Source: Mobula hypostoma | Lineage: Eukaryota | NCBI RefSeq assembly: GCF_963921235.1 | Contig: NC_086097.1 | Coordinates: forward strand, 167,464,001-167,528,000 | Direction of reading: 5' to 3' | DNA: 64,000 nucleotides | Part shown: piece by piece, positions 33,782 to 45,257 of the stretch | Layout of the letters: each line of letters starts with the position of its first letter | How positions within the stretch are numbered: position 1 is the stretch's first letter | Made by a program: the position numbers and the translations under genes | Notes under the pieces: model-generated | The model's input: only the letters and a program-made list of their open reading frames with translations | Database searches by the model: none | Told to the model about the DNA's origin: nothing

Positions 33782-36485
33782 TTAGCGGAAGTTAGAGAAG
33801 TCGATGTTCATGCCATCAGGTTGGAGGCTACCCAGACGGAATATAAGGTGTTGTTCCTCCAACCTGAGTGTGGCTTCATCTTTACAGTAGAGGAGGCCGT
33901 GGATAGACATGTCAGAATGGGAATGGGTTGTGGAATTAAAATGTGTGGCCACTGGGAGATCCTGCTTTCTCTGGCGGACAGAGCGTAGATGTTCAGCAAA
34001 GCGGTCTCCCAGTCTGCATCGTGTCTCACCAATATATAAAAGGCCACATCGGGAGCACCGGACGCAGTATATCACCCCAGTCGACTCACAGGTGAAGTGA
34101 TGCCTCACCTGGAAGGACTGTTTGGGGCCCTGAATGGTGGTAAGGGAGGAAGTGTAAGGGCATGTGTAGCACTTGTTCCGCTTACACGGATAAGTGCCAG
34201 GAGGGAGATCAGTGGGGAGGGATGGGGGGGGACGAATGGACAAGGGAGTTGTGTAGGGAGCGATCCCTGCAGAATGCAGAGAGAGGGGGGGAGGGAAAGA
34301 TGTGCTTAGTGGTGGGATCCCGTTGGAGGTGGCGGAAGTTACGGAGAATAATATGTTGGACCCGGAGGCTGGTGGGGTGGTAGGTGAGGACCAGGGGAAC
34401 CCTATTCCTAGTGGGGTGGTGGGAGGATGGAGTGAGAGCAGATGTACGTGAAATGGGGGAGATGCGTTTAAGAGCAGAGTTGATAGTGGAGGAAGGGAAG
34501 CCCCTTTCTTTAAAAAATGAAGACATCTCCCTCGTCCTAGAATGAAAAGCCTCATCCTGAGAGCAGATGCGGCGGAGACGGAGGAATTGCAAGAAGGGGA
34601 TGGCGTTTTTGCAAGAGACAGGGTGAGAAGAGGAATAGTCCAGATAGCTGTGAGAGTCAGTAGGCTTATAGTAGACATCAGTGGATAAGCTGTCTCCAGA
34701 GACAGAGACAGAAAGATCTAGAAAGGGGAGGGAGGTGTCGGAAATGGACCAGGTAAACTTGAGGGCAGGGTGAAAGTTGGAGGCAAAGTTAATAAAGTCA
34801 ACGAGTTCTGCATGCGTGCAGGAAGCAGCGCCAATGCAGTCGTCGATGTAGCGAAGGAAAAGTGGGGGACAGATACCAGAACAGGCACGGAACATAGATT
34901 GTTCCACAAACCCAACAAAAAGGCAGGCATAGCTAGGACCCATACGGGTGCCCATAGCTACACCTTTAGTTTGGAGGAAATGGGAGGAGCAAAAGGAGAA
35001 ATTATTAAGAGTAAGGACTAATTCCGCTAGACGGAGCAGAGTGGTGGTAGAGGGGAACTGATTAGGTCTGGAATCCAAAAAGAAGCGTAGAGCTTTGAGA
35101 CCTTCCTGATGGGGGATGGAAGTATATAGGGACTGGACATCCAAGGTGAAAATAAAGCGGTGGGGGCCAGGGAACTTAAAATCATTGAAAAGTTTAAGAG
35201 CGTGAGAAGTGTCACGAACATAGGTCGGAAGGGATTGAACAAGGGGTGATAAAACAGTGTCGAGGTATGCAGAAACGAGTTCGGTGGGGCAGGAGCAAGC
35301 TGAGACAATAGGTCGGCCAGGACAGGCAGGTTTGTGGATCTTGGGTAGGAGGTAGAAACGGGAAGTGCGGGGTGTGGGAACTATAAGGTTGGTAGCAGTG
35401 GATGGGAGATCCCCTGAGCGGATAAAGTCGTTGATAGTGTGGGAGACAATGGCCTGGTGCTCCTTAGTGGGGTCACGATCGAGGGGTAAATAAGAGGAGG
35501 TATCCGCGAGTTGTCGCTGTGCCTCGGCAAGGTAGAGGTCAGTACGCCAGACTACAACAGCACCCCCTTTATCAGCGGGTTTAATAATAAGGTTAGGATT
35601 AGTGCGGAGGGAGTGGAGAGCAGAGCATTCCGAAGGAGTGAGGTTGGAATGGGGACAAGGTGCGGTGAAGTCGAGACGGTTGATGTCCCGTCAGCAGTTG
35701 GCAATAAAGAGATCCAGAGCAGGCAGAAGACCAGAGCGGGGTGTCCATGAAGAAGAGGAGGGTTGAAGACGGGAGAAGGGGTCATCGGTGGGGGTGGAAG
35801 AGTCCTTGCCGAAGAAGTAGGCTCGGAGACGGAGACGGCGGAAGAAAAGTTCCGCATCATGGCGAACACGGAACTCGCTGAGGTGTGGGCGAAGGGGGAC
35901 AAAGGTGAGGCCCTTACTGAGAACAGAGCGTTCTGCCTCCGACAGTTGAAGGTCGGAGGGGATGGTAAAGACCCGGCACGGATGAGAGCTGGGATCAGAG
36001 GGGGAGGGGGGAGGCTGGGGGTGTCAGTGGAGAGGGGAGGGTTGGGGTGAGAGGAAGATGGAGCCTCTGAGGGCCCAGGAGTTGACGGTGGGATCTGAGG
36101 AAGACGGGGCTGCGGAGTGGTGGTGGGGGAAGGGGAGGCGGGAGTCACAACAGCAGCACATAAAGACCCGGCCTGGAGTTCAAGGCTGGAGTCGCAGTTG
36201 GTGGTTGTGCAATCGCTGTGAAGGTGTCCATGGTCTTTGCTGGAGTCCGGGTTTTGAATATGTCCTGAGGTGTTGGAGCCACCGAGATCAATGGCAGGGG
36301 CCGCAATTGAAAGTTCATGCCTGCTAGCGTCGGGGCCGGCAGGCTCTGGAGTCCGTAGATGTAAGATCTTGCGATCTTTGCCTAACATGACAAAGTCAAA
36401 AAAACGGCGATTGCAGGCGTGAATCCGACGGAGGATGAAATAACGGGTAGGACCATTACAGACGGCGAAGAAAGTCTGTAAAGTA
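33782..36485 (-). pseudogene. PLE RT + GIY-YIG ORF, left arm (longer, 5'-truncated, frameshifted)
   Basis: IKPADKGGAVVV, FYLLPKIHK, GRPIVS, DVQSLYTSIP, GVAMG, RYIDD, VIY...YIG motifs. Frameshifts in G-runs near 34225 and 36000, and a stop near 35690. Confidence 0.9.
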
Positions 36486-36595
36486 GAGCAGAGTTCCCCT
36501 CTACCACCACTCTGCTCCGTCTAGCAGAATTAGTCCTTACTCTTAACAATTTCTCCTTTTGCTCCTCCCATTTCCTCCAAACTAAAGGTGTAGCT

Positions 36596-37774
36596 ATGGG
36601 CACCCTTATGGGTCCTAGCTATGCCTGCCTTTTTGTTGGGTTTGTGGAACAATCTATGTTCCGTGCCTATTCTGGTATCTGTACCCCACTTTTCCTTCGC
36701 TACATCGACGACTGCTTTGGCGCTGCTTCCTGCACGCATGCAGAACTCGTTGACTTTATTAACTTTGCCTCCAACTTTCACCCTGCCCTCAAATTTACCT
36801 GGTCCATTTCCGACACCTCCCTCCCCTTTCTAGATCTTTCTGTCTCTGTCTCTGTCTCTGGAGACAGCTTATCCACTGATGTCTACTATAAGCCTACTGA
36901 CTCTCACAGCTATCTGGACTATTCCTCTTCTCACCCTGTCTCTTGCAAAAATGCCATCCCCTTCTCGCAATTCCTCCGTCTCCGCCGCATCTGCTCTCAG
37001 GATGAGGCTTTTCATTCTAGGACGAGGGAGCTGTCTTCATTTTTTAAAGAAAGGGGCTTCCCTTCCTCCACTATCAACTCTGCTCTTAAACGCATCTCCC
37101 CCATTTCACGTACATCTGCTCTCACTCCATCCTCCCACCACCCCACTAGGAATAGGGTTCCCCTGGTCCTCACCTACCACCCCACCAGCCTCCGGGTCCA
37201 ACATATTATTCTCCGTAACTTCCGCCACCTCCAACGGGATCCCACCACTAAGCACATCTTTCCCTCCCCCCCTCTCTCTGCATTCCGCAGGGATCGCTCC
37301 CTACACAACTCCCTTGTCCATTCGTCCCCCCCATCCCTCCCCACTGATCTCCCTCCTGGCACTTATCCGTGTAAGCGGAACAAGTGCTACACATGCCCTT
37401 ACACTTCCTCCCTTACCACCATTCAGGGCCCCAAACAGTCCTTTCAGGTGAGGTATCACTTCACCTGTGAGTCGACTGGGGTGATATACTGCGTCCGGTG
37501 CTCCCGATGTGGCCTTTTATATATTGGTGAGACACGACGCAGACTGGGAGACCGCTTTGCTGAACATCTACGCTCTGTCCGCCAGAGAAAGCAGGATCTC
37601 CCAGTGGCCACACATTTTAATTCCACAACCCATTCCCATTCTGACATGTCTATCCACGGCCTCCTCTACTGTAAAGATGAAGCCACACTCAGGTTGGAGG
37701 AACAACACCTTATATTCCGTCTGGGTAGCCTCCAACCTGATGGCATGAACATCGACTTCTCTAACTTCCGCTAA
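36596..37774 (+). CDS. PLE RT C-terminal half, Cys linker and GIY-YIG endonuclease (right arm, open but 5'-truncated)
   Basis: RYIDD, FLD, YYKPT, CKRNKCYTC linker (Neptune-like), GVIYCVRC...LYIGET, RFAEH, EQHLIFRL. The PLE-homologous frame begins ~36493. Confidence 0.9.
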   Translation: MGTLMGPSYACLFVGFVEQSMFRAYSGICTPLFLRYIDDCFGAASCTHAELVDFINFASNFHPALKFTWSISDTSLPFLDLSVSVSVSGDSLSTDVYYKPTDSHSYLDYSSSHPVSCKNAIPFSQFLRLRRICSQDEAFHSRTRELSSFFKERGFPSSTINSALKRISPISRTSALTPSSHHPTRNRVPLVLTYHPTSLRVQHIILRNFRHLQRDPTTKHIFPSPPLSAFRRDRSLHNSLVHSSPPSLPTDLPPGTYPCKRNKCYTCPYTSSLTTIQGPKQSFQVRYHFTCESTGVIYCVRCSRCGLLYIGETRRRLGDRFAEHLRSVRQRKQDLPVATHFNSTTHSHSDMSIHGLLYCKDEATLRLEEQHLIFRLGSLQPDGMNIDFSNFR

Positions 37775-38072
37775 GGCCCCACCTCCCCCTCGTACCCCAT
37801 CTGTTACTCATTTTTATGCACACATTCTTTCTCTCACTCTCCTTTTTCTCCCTCTGTCCCTCTGAATATACCTCTTGCCCATCCTCTGGGTCACCCCCTC
37901 CCCCCTTGTCTTTCTTCCCGGACCTCCTGTCCCATGATCCTCTCGTATCCCCTTTTGCCTATCACCTGTCCAGCTCTCGGCTCTATCCCTCCCCCTCCTG
38001 TCTTCTCCTATCATTTTGCATCTCCCCCTCCCCCTCCAGCTTTCAAATCCCTTACTCACTCTTCCTTCAGTT

Positions 38073-38108
38073 AGTCCTGACGAAGGGTCTCGGCCTGAAA
38101 CGTCGACT
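38073..38108 (+). ncRNA. Minimal type I hammerhead ribozyme (right pLTR)
   Basis: Stem I AGTC/GACT; core CTGACGA (38077-38083); stem II AGG/CCT; GAAA (38097-38100); palindromic ACGT stem III; GUC site with predicted cut after 38104. Confidence 0.85.
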
Positions 38109-38228
38109 GCGCCTCTTCCTATAGATGCTGCTTGGCCTGCTGCGTTCACCAGCAACTTTGATGTATGTTGCTTGAATTTCCAGCATCTGCAGAATTCCTG
38201 TTGTTTGCGTTTAAAAGTAGTTTTGTGA

Positions 38229-38761
38229 GCAGTTTTGGACCTCTGATCTTAGAAAGGATATGGACACTGGAGAGGGGTCAAAGGAGATTCACGAAAATGA
38301 TTCCAGGATTGAACAGCTTATCATATGAATAGTGTTTGATGGCTCTTGGCCTGTATTCACTAGAATTCAGAAGAATGAGGAGTGACCTATCGAATAGTGA
38401 AAGGCCACGATAGTGAATATGGAGAGGATGTTTTCTATGGTGGGAGAGTAATACCAGAGGACACAGCCTCAAAATAGAGGGGTATCCTTTTAGAACAGAG
38501 ATGAGGAGGAATTTCTTTAGTGAGAGAGTGGAGAATCTGTGGAATTATTTGCCACAGGCAGCTGTGGAGGTCAAGTCTTTACACATATTTAAGGCAGAGG
38601 TTGATAGATTCTTGATTGGTCAGGGTATAAAGGGATATGGGGAGAGGCAGGACATTGGGGCTGAGAGGAAAATTGGATCAGTGATGGATGAAATGGTGGA
38701 GCAGACTTTATGGGCCAAATGGCTACTTCTGTTCCTATATCTTATGGTCTTATGGTCTTAT
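38229..38761 (+). mobile_element. CR1 3' fragment
   Basis: MRRNFFSERVENLWNYLPQAAVE; (TATGGTCT)n tail. Confidence 0.8.
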
Positions 38762-40711
38762 AAACAGAGAATTCTCTGCAGGTCAGGCATTGGGGATGGA
38801 AACATGGTCAACATTTATGATCAGGAGCACTTCCCCAAAAAAAAAAGCAAGAAGACAAGCATGTCTCATACCTCAGAGAGGTTGAGGGATCAAGACCATA
38901 GAGGAGTAACTTATTGAGATCAGTAAGATCCTAAAGGTGATGCTGAAATGTTTCCTTCCACAACTTGTGGAATCAAAGAAGGGACATAGTTTCAAGATTA
39001 GGGTTTGTATAAGAGTTTTATTATACAGAGGATGGTGAATCACTGGAAATCTCTATTTAAATAGATTTCTGGAGGCATTTATAGATGAGTTAGCTATATT
39101 TCTGAATAAGATATTGACTTGAGTTCCCTAGGGAACTGACACAGAGGAAGAGTTAAGCTCGGGGGCAGATCAGCTATAGAATAGTTGAGACAGGGATGAG
39201 GGGCTAAATAGTGTACTCTTGCTCCTAATTTCTTCTGAAGGCCTGTGATTACCAAGATAGCTATTACTTTAAATATCAGTAGATGGAACAAAAATGAAAC
39301 AGGTGCAAACTGAAAGGTACTTTAAAAACTGAAGTAAAGATGCGATAGCATCTGTGAAAGTAAGAGAAGGTTTAGCTGGATTTATTGAATTTAATATTAA
39401 GGTTTTAAAATATCCGGTCAAAATCAGGTGCTGTTCCTCCAGCTCACATTGAACATTGTTGGAGCAACACTGGGAACTGAAAACAAAGAGAACAGAGCGG
39501 GAATTGGTCAGAAAACTGTAATGCCATTCAAAGTATACCATGGTCCCACAGTTTATTTTTATTGTATACTGGCAGCAAGAGCAAGGATTTTTATATTGAA
39601 ATTTTATATTTGTAGCTGATGTGTCCAAGTACAATTTAATGTCAGACCTGGGAAAAGATGGAGGAGGGATACTTTTTTTTGTTAAGTTCTATTGATTCTC
39701 CAATAACTGTAAAGGAAAGGACTACGTGCAATAAGACCATAGTTTTTTTTTTCCCCCAACACATTGCATGGTCATTCATCCTGGTTTATCTTGAACACTT
39801 GACAAACTAAATAAACACAACCTTTTTTCTCACAAGGCTTCAGGGCTTCCCATGCTGCAAGGAGCAAGAATGCCAACTGAATTCTCATCAGCTCTGGGAG
39901 GCAGTTGATCTGCTGGGAAATCTACAGATCCACAACTGATTTTCAGGATCTCAGCTGAGTCCTCTATCTGTCTGGTGGTTGCACATCCCAGTATTCCATC
40001 TTTCTTCTTATCTTTACGTACACTCATTTTCAAGTCATGCTATAATTCCTTATTTTCATATTACCTTATGGCATAGAGGGGGACTAATTGGCCTCATTGA
40101 GTCCACCAGCTCTCAAAGCAATCTCATCTCTTTCATTCTTCATCTATGTCCCTCATAACCTATCCACTCCTGTACAGGACATAGAACATTATTACACAGT
40201 ACAGGTCCTTCAGCCCACAATGCTTTTACTGACATTTTACCCTACTCCAAAATCAATCTAACCCTTCCCTCTTACATAGTACTCTATTTTTCTTTCTTCC
40301 ATGTGCCGATCTAAGAGTCCCATAAATGTCCATCAAGAAATATACCTCTGCCACCAGCCTGGAAGTATGTTTCATGCAATAACCACTCTCTGTGTGAAAA
40401 AACCTACCTCTGACATTTCACCCCCTCCCACACACATATATTTCCTCCAGTCACCTTTAACCACTCTCTCATATGTCCATTAACATTTCACACAAGAGGG
40501 TGTGTCTATGTGGAATGAGTTGCCAGAGGAAGTGTTGGAGGTGGGTGCAGTTATGACATTTTAAAGACATTTGGACAGATACATGGATAAGAAATGTATA
40601 AAGTGATATGAGTCAAATGCAGGCAAATGTCAGTAGCTCAGTTAGTTTGGGTGGATTGGGCCAAAGGCTCTGCTTTCTGGGTTGGATTTCTCTATGTTGT
40701 TCCTTATAGCC

Positions 40712-41265
40712 AGGGGTGGTAATGTGGACAAGCTCCCACTACCTATTAAATGCTCCTGAAGGCGTGTGCCTCAAATAGTCTAAGACAACCAAGACCAGCT
40801 CCTGGTATCCACAAATGGCTTATCTACTAAGCCCAGCGGAACTGTTTCTACTGACAGGAGAAGGGGCAAAGGTGGGTTACTGGTGACTTAAAACCAGTTG
40901 CTTCGGGCAGAAAGAGCTCATCGGCCATGGTTGGCAGCTCATTGAGGAGAAGGAAAACTCTGATCTCAAACCTCCGCTGCCTTGTGGCTATACCCACTCA
41001 TGGGGAAGGCTTCAGGAATAAACCCTGAGGGAAAAATCCCTAAGGCAGTCCTACATTGAGTTCAATGCTGACTAGCAACTCCTGCGACACTGCTGGTATC
41101 TAACAGTATCGGCCTCTGCCATTCCTTTGGGTTCATCAGATGCTTGGAGAAGGCAAGCTTGCTACATGGGCAAAGCTTGCTCTCCATATCGTACTGCTCA
41201 GGCTTGCATATCTATACAGCTAGGATGCAATACTAATGTTCAACTCCGACTGACAGAGGCCCTCA
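40712..41265 (+). mobile_element. Probable RTE-derived non-autonomous element
   Basis: Contains AGGAGAAGGAAAACTCTGATCTCAAACC, a block I recognise from RTE-type 5' UTRs; no ORF. Confidence 0.45.
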
Positions 41266-42059
41266 TCTCACATATCTTTATGTAACAACCTTACAAATGA
41301 CTTCTTGTCTGTACCTGGAGTATTTCATTCAATTCTGTTTGCCTCCTTATAAGAAGTATGCAAAGGTTTTGGAGAGAATGCAGAGGAGGTTTACCGGGAT
41401 GCTGCCAGTATTAGAGGGCTTATCCTACAAGGAGAAGCTGGTCAAACTTTCGTTGTTTCCTGTGGAGCATTGGAGGCTGAGGGAAGATCTGATATAAATA
41501 TATAAAATTATGAGAGGCTAGATAGAGTTGACAACTGGTTTCATTTTCCCTGGATCAAAATGCCCAATTCTAAATGACATGCATTTAAAGTGAAAGGGGA
41601 AAGTTTAAAGGAGATATATAGGGCAAGTTTTCTTACACTGTCATGGTCCGGATCGGGGTCTCTTTAAACTTACCTTGTTTATGTTACGATCGGGACCGTT
41701 GATTCCCTGTTTTCCCGTGTCCCTCGACTTTGCTGATTAGAGGCAATTAATGCTCGGCTGAACCACTAGTTTATAGTCTCCGGCTTTCAGCAGTTTGAAG
41801 CGGGAGCGTCTGCAAAGTCACCAGAGGTACGGCATGCCAATGTCATCCGGCCGGAGCAAGCCTAGTCTCTGCCGAAGCGAGTGTCGGTAATTCGCCTTTT
41901 CCTCACCGGAGCAATCCTGTCCAGTTACCTCGCCAAAGTGAGCCTGCAAAGTTTCCTCACCGAGGTAGGTCCGTCAGTTAACCCGCCGGAGGGAATCAAG
42001 AACCGCTGTTTACTGTTCCCGGGCCAAGTCGAGAGCTCGCCACTACCCGGAGGTCCCAA

Positions 42060-42362
42060 GTACCACGTCCTGGCCCAGGTGGCATTCAAGCATCAAGTCA
42101 AGTCCTGGTCCTGGTGGCATTCTAGCACCAAGTTAAGTCCTGTCCCTGGCGGCATTCAAGCACCAAGTCAAGTCCTGGCCCTGGAGGCATTCTAGCACCA
42201 AGTCAAGTCCTGGCTCCGGCGGTATTCAAGCACCAAGTCAAGTCCTGGCCCTGGCAGCATTCTAGCACCAAGTCAAGTCTTGGACCTGGCGGCATTCTAG
42301 CACCAAGTCAAGTCCTGGCCCTGGTGGCTTCCCAGTTCTGAGTCAAGTCCTGGCCCTGGCGG
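42060..42362 (+). repeat. 35-bp tandem repeat, ~8 copies
   Basis: Unit CAAGTCAAGTCCTGGCCCTGGCGGCATTCTAGCAC, head-to-tail. Confidence 0.9.
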
Positions 42363-42497
42363 TCTGTGATTCCTGTCCTACCCCCTTGTCTGAATCCCTT
42401 CTCTGCCCCTCTCGCCTCTAGCCCTCATCTGTAGCCCTCGCCTGTCTTCGGTCTAGTTCTATCACCAGAACTAGATGGGTATTGTCTGGTGTGCTTT

Positions 42498-42855
42498 CAT
42501 GTTGGTCTTGTCCTGTCCTTGCCTCCGTGGGGTAAGTCTGGCCGTCTTGCCGTTGCCCCGCGGAGAGTCATGTCTTGTCTCGTCTTGCCCTCGCCTCCAT
42601 GGGGTAAGTCTGGCCGTCTTGCCGTTGCCCCGCGGAGAGTCATGTTTTGTCTTGTCTTGTCCTTCCCTCCGTGGGGTAAGTCAGACCATCTTGCCGTTGC
42701 AGAGAGTCATGTCTTGTCTCATCTTGTCCTCGCCTCCATGGCGTAAGTCAGGCCATCTTGCTGTTGCCCTGTGGAGAGTCATGTCTTGTCTCGTCTTGTC
42801 CTCGCCTCCGTGGGGTAAGTCAGGCCATCTTGCCATTGCCCCGCGGAGGGTCATG
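42498..42855 (+). repeat. ~72-bp tandem repeat, ~5 copies
   Basis: Unit CATGTCTTGTCTCGTCTTGTCCTCGCCTCCGTGGGGTAAGTCAGGCCATCTTGCCGTTGCCCCGCGGAGAGT. Confidence 0.9.
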
Positions 42856-43869
42856 AGTCCCAGCCTTATGTCCTGTACCCAAGGAGGGGTCCCGGCTCTC
42901 TGTTCTGTGTGCTTGCCCGGCCCTATGTTCTGTACCCAAGGAGGGGTCCCGACTCTGTGTTCTGTGTATGTGTCCATGGTTCCATGTACCTGCTCCCCGA
43001 GACCGAGGCTCTGTGTTCCTATGTTCCTCCTCTCCCTAGTCCATGTCATGTCCTTGCCTGGTTCTGGGGTCCGAACCCGAGGCAAGACCCAGGTACTGGG
43101 TCCTTGCCCAGTCTCTGGCTCGGAGTCCATACCCTAGCCTCTTCATGTCTCCTCTAGTTCTGGGAGCCGATTCCGAGTCCTAGCCCAGACCCTTTGTCCC
43201 AGCCTAGTCGTAGTCGTGAGTCCCTGTCCAGTTTGCTACTCCTGCTCCTGCCTTGCTCTCCTGGTATCGAACAATAAACTAAATCTAATTAACCTCACAA
43301 GATGTGCCTTGCATTTGGGTCCACCCTTGCTCCCTATGCCCCCGCCACTGTGACATACACAGAGAGTGGTAGGTGTCTGAAATGTGCTGTGGTGAAGCTA
43401 GTGGAGGCAAGCACAACCAAAGTGCTTAAAAGATTCCCTGATAGGTACATGAATATGCAGCGACTTGAGTACGGACGTTGTGCAGGCAGAGGGGATTAGT
43501 TCAGTTAGGCATTTAATTCGTTTGGTACAGCATTGTGGGCTGAAGGGCCTATTCTTGCACTGTACTATGTTCTATGTTCGCTGTCACTCTATCCTGATTC
43601 TCCTACCATCCAGCTACACCAAGGATCAGTTACAATAGGCAATTACCCTACCACCTCTCGCATCTTTTGGAATTAGGGAAAGACGAGAGTGCCATGGAGT
43701 CACAGGGAGAAGATACAAACTTCACACCAACAGCACCGGAGGTCAGGATTATACCAGGGTGGCAAGAACAGTGAAATGCAATGCCTGCTGTGATACTGTA
43801 CAACCTTACTACCTTTGACTCCCAATCCTGTCATCCAAGAAAAGCAAAAGCACACAGGACAATCAGCAG

Positions 43870-45257
43870 AAATGTCTCCAAGTCAGATTTTGACCAAGAT
43901 GAAGGATATGGGGGACCAGGAGATCAGTGCTGAGTGTACCAATACATTAGGGCACTTGGAGGTCAAGGAGGAGGAAGTGTTAGGCCTAATGATTATTAAG
44001 ATGGATGATTCCCCAGGGACTGATGAGATTTACCCCAGGTTATTGAAGGAAGCAAGAGATAGATAGATAGCACAGAGATAGCACAAGAGATAGCATAGGT
44101 AGATAGGGTCGTAAAGAGAGCTTTTGGTACATTGGCCTTTCTTAATCAAAGTATTGAGTGTAAGAGCTGGAATGTTATGATGAGGTTGTATAAGGCATTG
44201 GTGAGGCCGAATCTGGAGTATTGTGTTCAGTTTTGGTCACCAAATTACAGGAAGGATATAAATAAGGTTGAAAGAGTGCAGAGAAGGTTTACAAGGAAGT
44301 TGCCGACACTTGAGAAAGTGAGTTACAGAGAAAGGTTGAATAGGTTAGGACTTTATTCCCTGGAGCGTAGAAGAATGAGGGGAGATTTGATAGAGGTATA
44401 TAAAATTATGATGGGTATAGATAGAGTGAATGCAAGCTGGCTTTTGCCACTGAGGCAAGGGGAGAAAAAAACCAGAGGACATGGGTTAAGGGTGAGGGAG
44501 GAAAAATTTAAAGGGAACATTAGGGGAGGCTTCTTCACACAGAGAGTGGTGGGAGTATGGAATGAGCTGCCAGACAAGGTGGTAAATGCAGGTTCTTTTT
44601 TAACATTTAAAAATAAATTGGACAGATACCTGGATGGGAGGTGTATGGAGGGATATGGTCCGTGTGCAGGTCAGTGGGACTAGGCAGAAAATAGTTCAGC
44701 ACAGCCAAGAAGGGCCAAAAGGCCTGTTTCTGTGCTGTAGTTTCTATGGTTTCTATGAGATTGCTGGGCCCTTTGTGTCCTCTCTGGCCACAGGAGGTCT
44801 GACGAGTGACTACTGTTGCACCTCCATTTAAGTAGGGAACTGGGAAAAGTCCTGGAACTATAGACTGGTGAGTCTCATGTCATTTGCAAGGAATTTTCTG
44901 GAGAAAATTGTTGGGGATAGGATATATGTGCATTTGGAATCCCGTGGGCTAACTAGGGAGAACCAGCACGTTGCAGGTCTTGCCTTACCAACTGAGTTTT
45001 TTGACAAGGTGACAAGAGAGATTGATGAGGGTAGGACAGTAGATGTTATCTACATGGATTTCAGTAAGGCATTAGAGGCTTTTAAGAGACATTTGGATAG
45101 GCACATGGTTGTAAGGAAGACGGAGAAATATGGATATGGTGTAGGTAGGAGAGATTAGTGTCTGGGTGTTCTTGATTTGCCTTTTAGCTGATTCGGCACA
45201 ACATTGTGGGCCAAGTGGCCTGTTTCTGCGCTGTACTCTTCTATGTTCTATGTTCTA
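43870..45257 (+). mobile_element. Older CR1 fragment hosting a young CR1 and ending in a CR1 tail
   Basis: DSPGTDEIYPRLLKEAR|EIAGP is split by the insert; IDEGRTVDVIYMDFSKA is then joined to a 3' end. Confidence 0.7.
44095..44757 (+). mobile_element. Young CR1 3' fragment
   Basis: ORF 44132-44683 is an open CR1 C-terminus; TTTCTATGGTTTCTATG tail. Confidence 0.88.

Larger units (their letters stand above)
33389..38213. mobile_element. Young Neptune-type Penelope-like element in inverted two-arm configuration
   Basis: 15-bp TSD AAAGTAGTTTTGTGA (33374-33388, 38214-38228). Left arm is minus (33389-~36485) and right arm is plus (~36491-38213). About 1.67 kb is shared as an inverted repeat. Confidence 0.95.
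41639..43355 (+). mobile_element. 1717-bp solo LTR (gypsy-like) with internal tandem arrays
   Basis: TGTCA...TGACA termini; perfect 5-bp TSD TACAC (41634-41638, 43356-43360); AATAAA at 43273-43278; CpG-rich. Confidence 0.9.
41295..43580 (+). mobile_element. CR1 3' fragment split by the solo LTR at 41639-43355
   Basis: YLEYFIQF...ERMQRRFTGML; the FLTQRVV motif is split exactly at the LTR; (CTATGTT)n tail. Confidence 0.8.

Noticed and set aside
35511..37451. Antisense and alternate-frame ORFs within the PLE
   Set aside because: They are shadow frames of a C-rich coding strand.
33389..38213. Assembly artefact explaining the inverted duplication
   Set aside because: A 15-bp TSD, sequence differences between the arms, and the same architecture at 17483 and 63901 argue that it is real. 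Read support has not been checked.
42060..42855. CRISPR-like array (35-bp and 72-bp repeats)
   Set aside because: The units are head-to-tail with no unique spacers, they lie inside a eukaryotic LTR, and there are no cas genes.
42475..43137. 220-aa Cys/Pro-rich ORF (and 58573-58944)
   Set aside because: They are translations of the LTR tandem arrays, with no domain signal.
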